Source: Promethearchaeota archaeon
GTDB taxonomy: Archaea; Asgardarchaeota; Lokiarchaeia; Sigyniarchaeales; SOKP01
NCBI GenBank assembly: GCA_016839555.1
Contig: JAEOUA010000012.1
Location: forward strand, 192,001 to 256,000
DNA: 64,000 bases
Reading direction: 5' to 3'
In this document: one piece after another, positions 63,514-64,000 of the stretch
Layout of the letters: each line of letters starts with the position of its first letter
Position numbering within the stretch: the first letter of the stretch is position 1
Translations under genes and position numbers: made by a program
The notes under the pieces: model-generated
Told to the model about the DNA's origin: nothing
Database searches by the model: none
Seen by the model: the letters and a program-made list of their open reading frames with translations, nothing else

Positions 63514-64000
63514 ATGAGCCAACAACCAATAAGACCTCAGAGTTTTAAAGAGCAAGTTTTCTTTCGAAAATTACGAACTAGAGTAGATGGAAAAGCTAAA
63601 GTTGATTATGGTTTAACTCAGATTAAAGGAATTGGCAGAAGATTTGCTCAAGCTATATTGAAAACTGCAGATATTGACCCGAATTTAAGAATGGGAGCAT
63701 TATCCGAAAAAAACATTAATACTCTAGAAGAAATAATCTTATCTCCAGTAGAAAATGGAATCCCTAACTGGATGGTAAACAGAAAAAAAGATTTAAGAGA
63801 TGGTGAAGATAAACACCTTTTAGGAAACCAATTAGAAATTAGTGTAAAAAGGGATATTGATCGAATGAAAAAGATTAAAAGTTATAAAGGGATAAGGCAT
63901 CAATTAGGATTAAAGGTTCGTGGTCAAAGAACAAAAAGTACCGGACGCCATGGACTTGTTATTGGAGTACAAAGGAAAAAAATCAGAGCTCAAATGGCTA
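63514..64000 (+). CDS. rps13: 30S ribosomal protein uS13 (3' end runs off the window)
   Basis: GLTQIKGIGRRFA, IPNWMVNRKKD, SYKGIRHQLGLKVRGQRTKSTGR. Confidence 0.96.
   Translation, partial: MSQQPIRPQSFKEQVFFRKLRTRVDGKAKVDYGLTQIKGIGRRFAQAILKTADIDPNLRMGALSEKNINTLEEIILSPVENGIPNWMVNRKKDLRDGEDKHLLGNQLEISVKRDIDRMKKIKSYKGIRHQLGLKVRGQRTKSTGRHGLVIGVQRKKIRAQMA

Noticed and set aside
1-64000. CRISPR arrays, transposases, integrases, rRNA
   Set aside because: No regularly spaced repeats, mobile-element proteins or rRNA-like GC-rich segments were seen.

Overview
This is an AT-rich archaeal chromosome segment. Its gene content points to an Asgard archaeon of the Lokiarchaeia type: Rab- and Rag-like GTPases, a gelsolin-domain protein, a longin/DENN-like protein, HEAT+LRR proteins, a Bud23-like methyltransferase, a histone, eS25 and uS13. 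The main new signal is in the AMP phosphorylase gene (13151-14720), which is interrupted inside its conserved DKHSTGGVPGNK motif by a 31-nt insert. The insert folds into a bulge-helix-bulge (BHB) splice motif, and cleavage by the tRNA-intron rule restores the frame exactly, making it a candidate tRNA-type intron in an Asgard mRNA. The window also has two hdrA-mvhD selenoprotein operons with 5 and 4 in-frame UGA codons, which the ORF track fragments or misses. Each operon ends in one eukaryote-like SECIS. The two SECIS copies covary and share an extra 3' hairpin and a basal helix built from the last mvhD codons. There is one tRNA-Ser(CGA). No CRISPR array, rRNA or mobile element was seen. All family calls come from motif recognition by eye, not from database searches.
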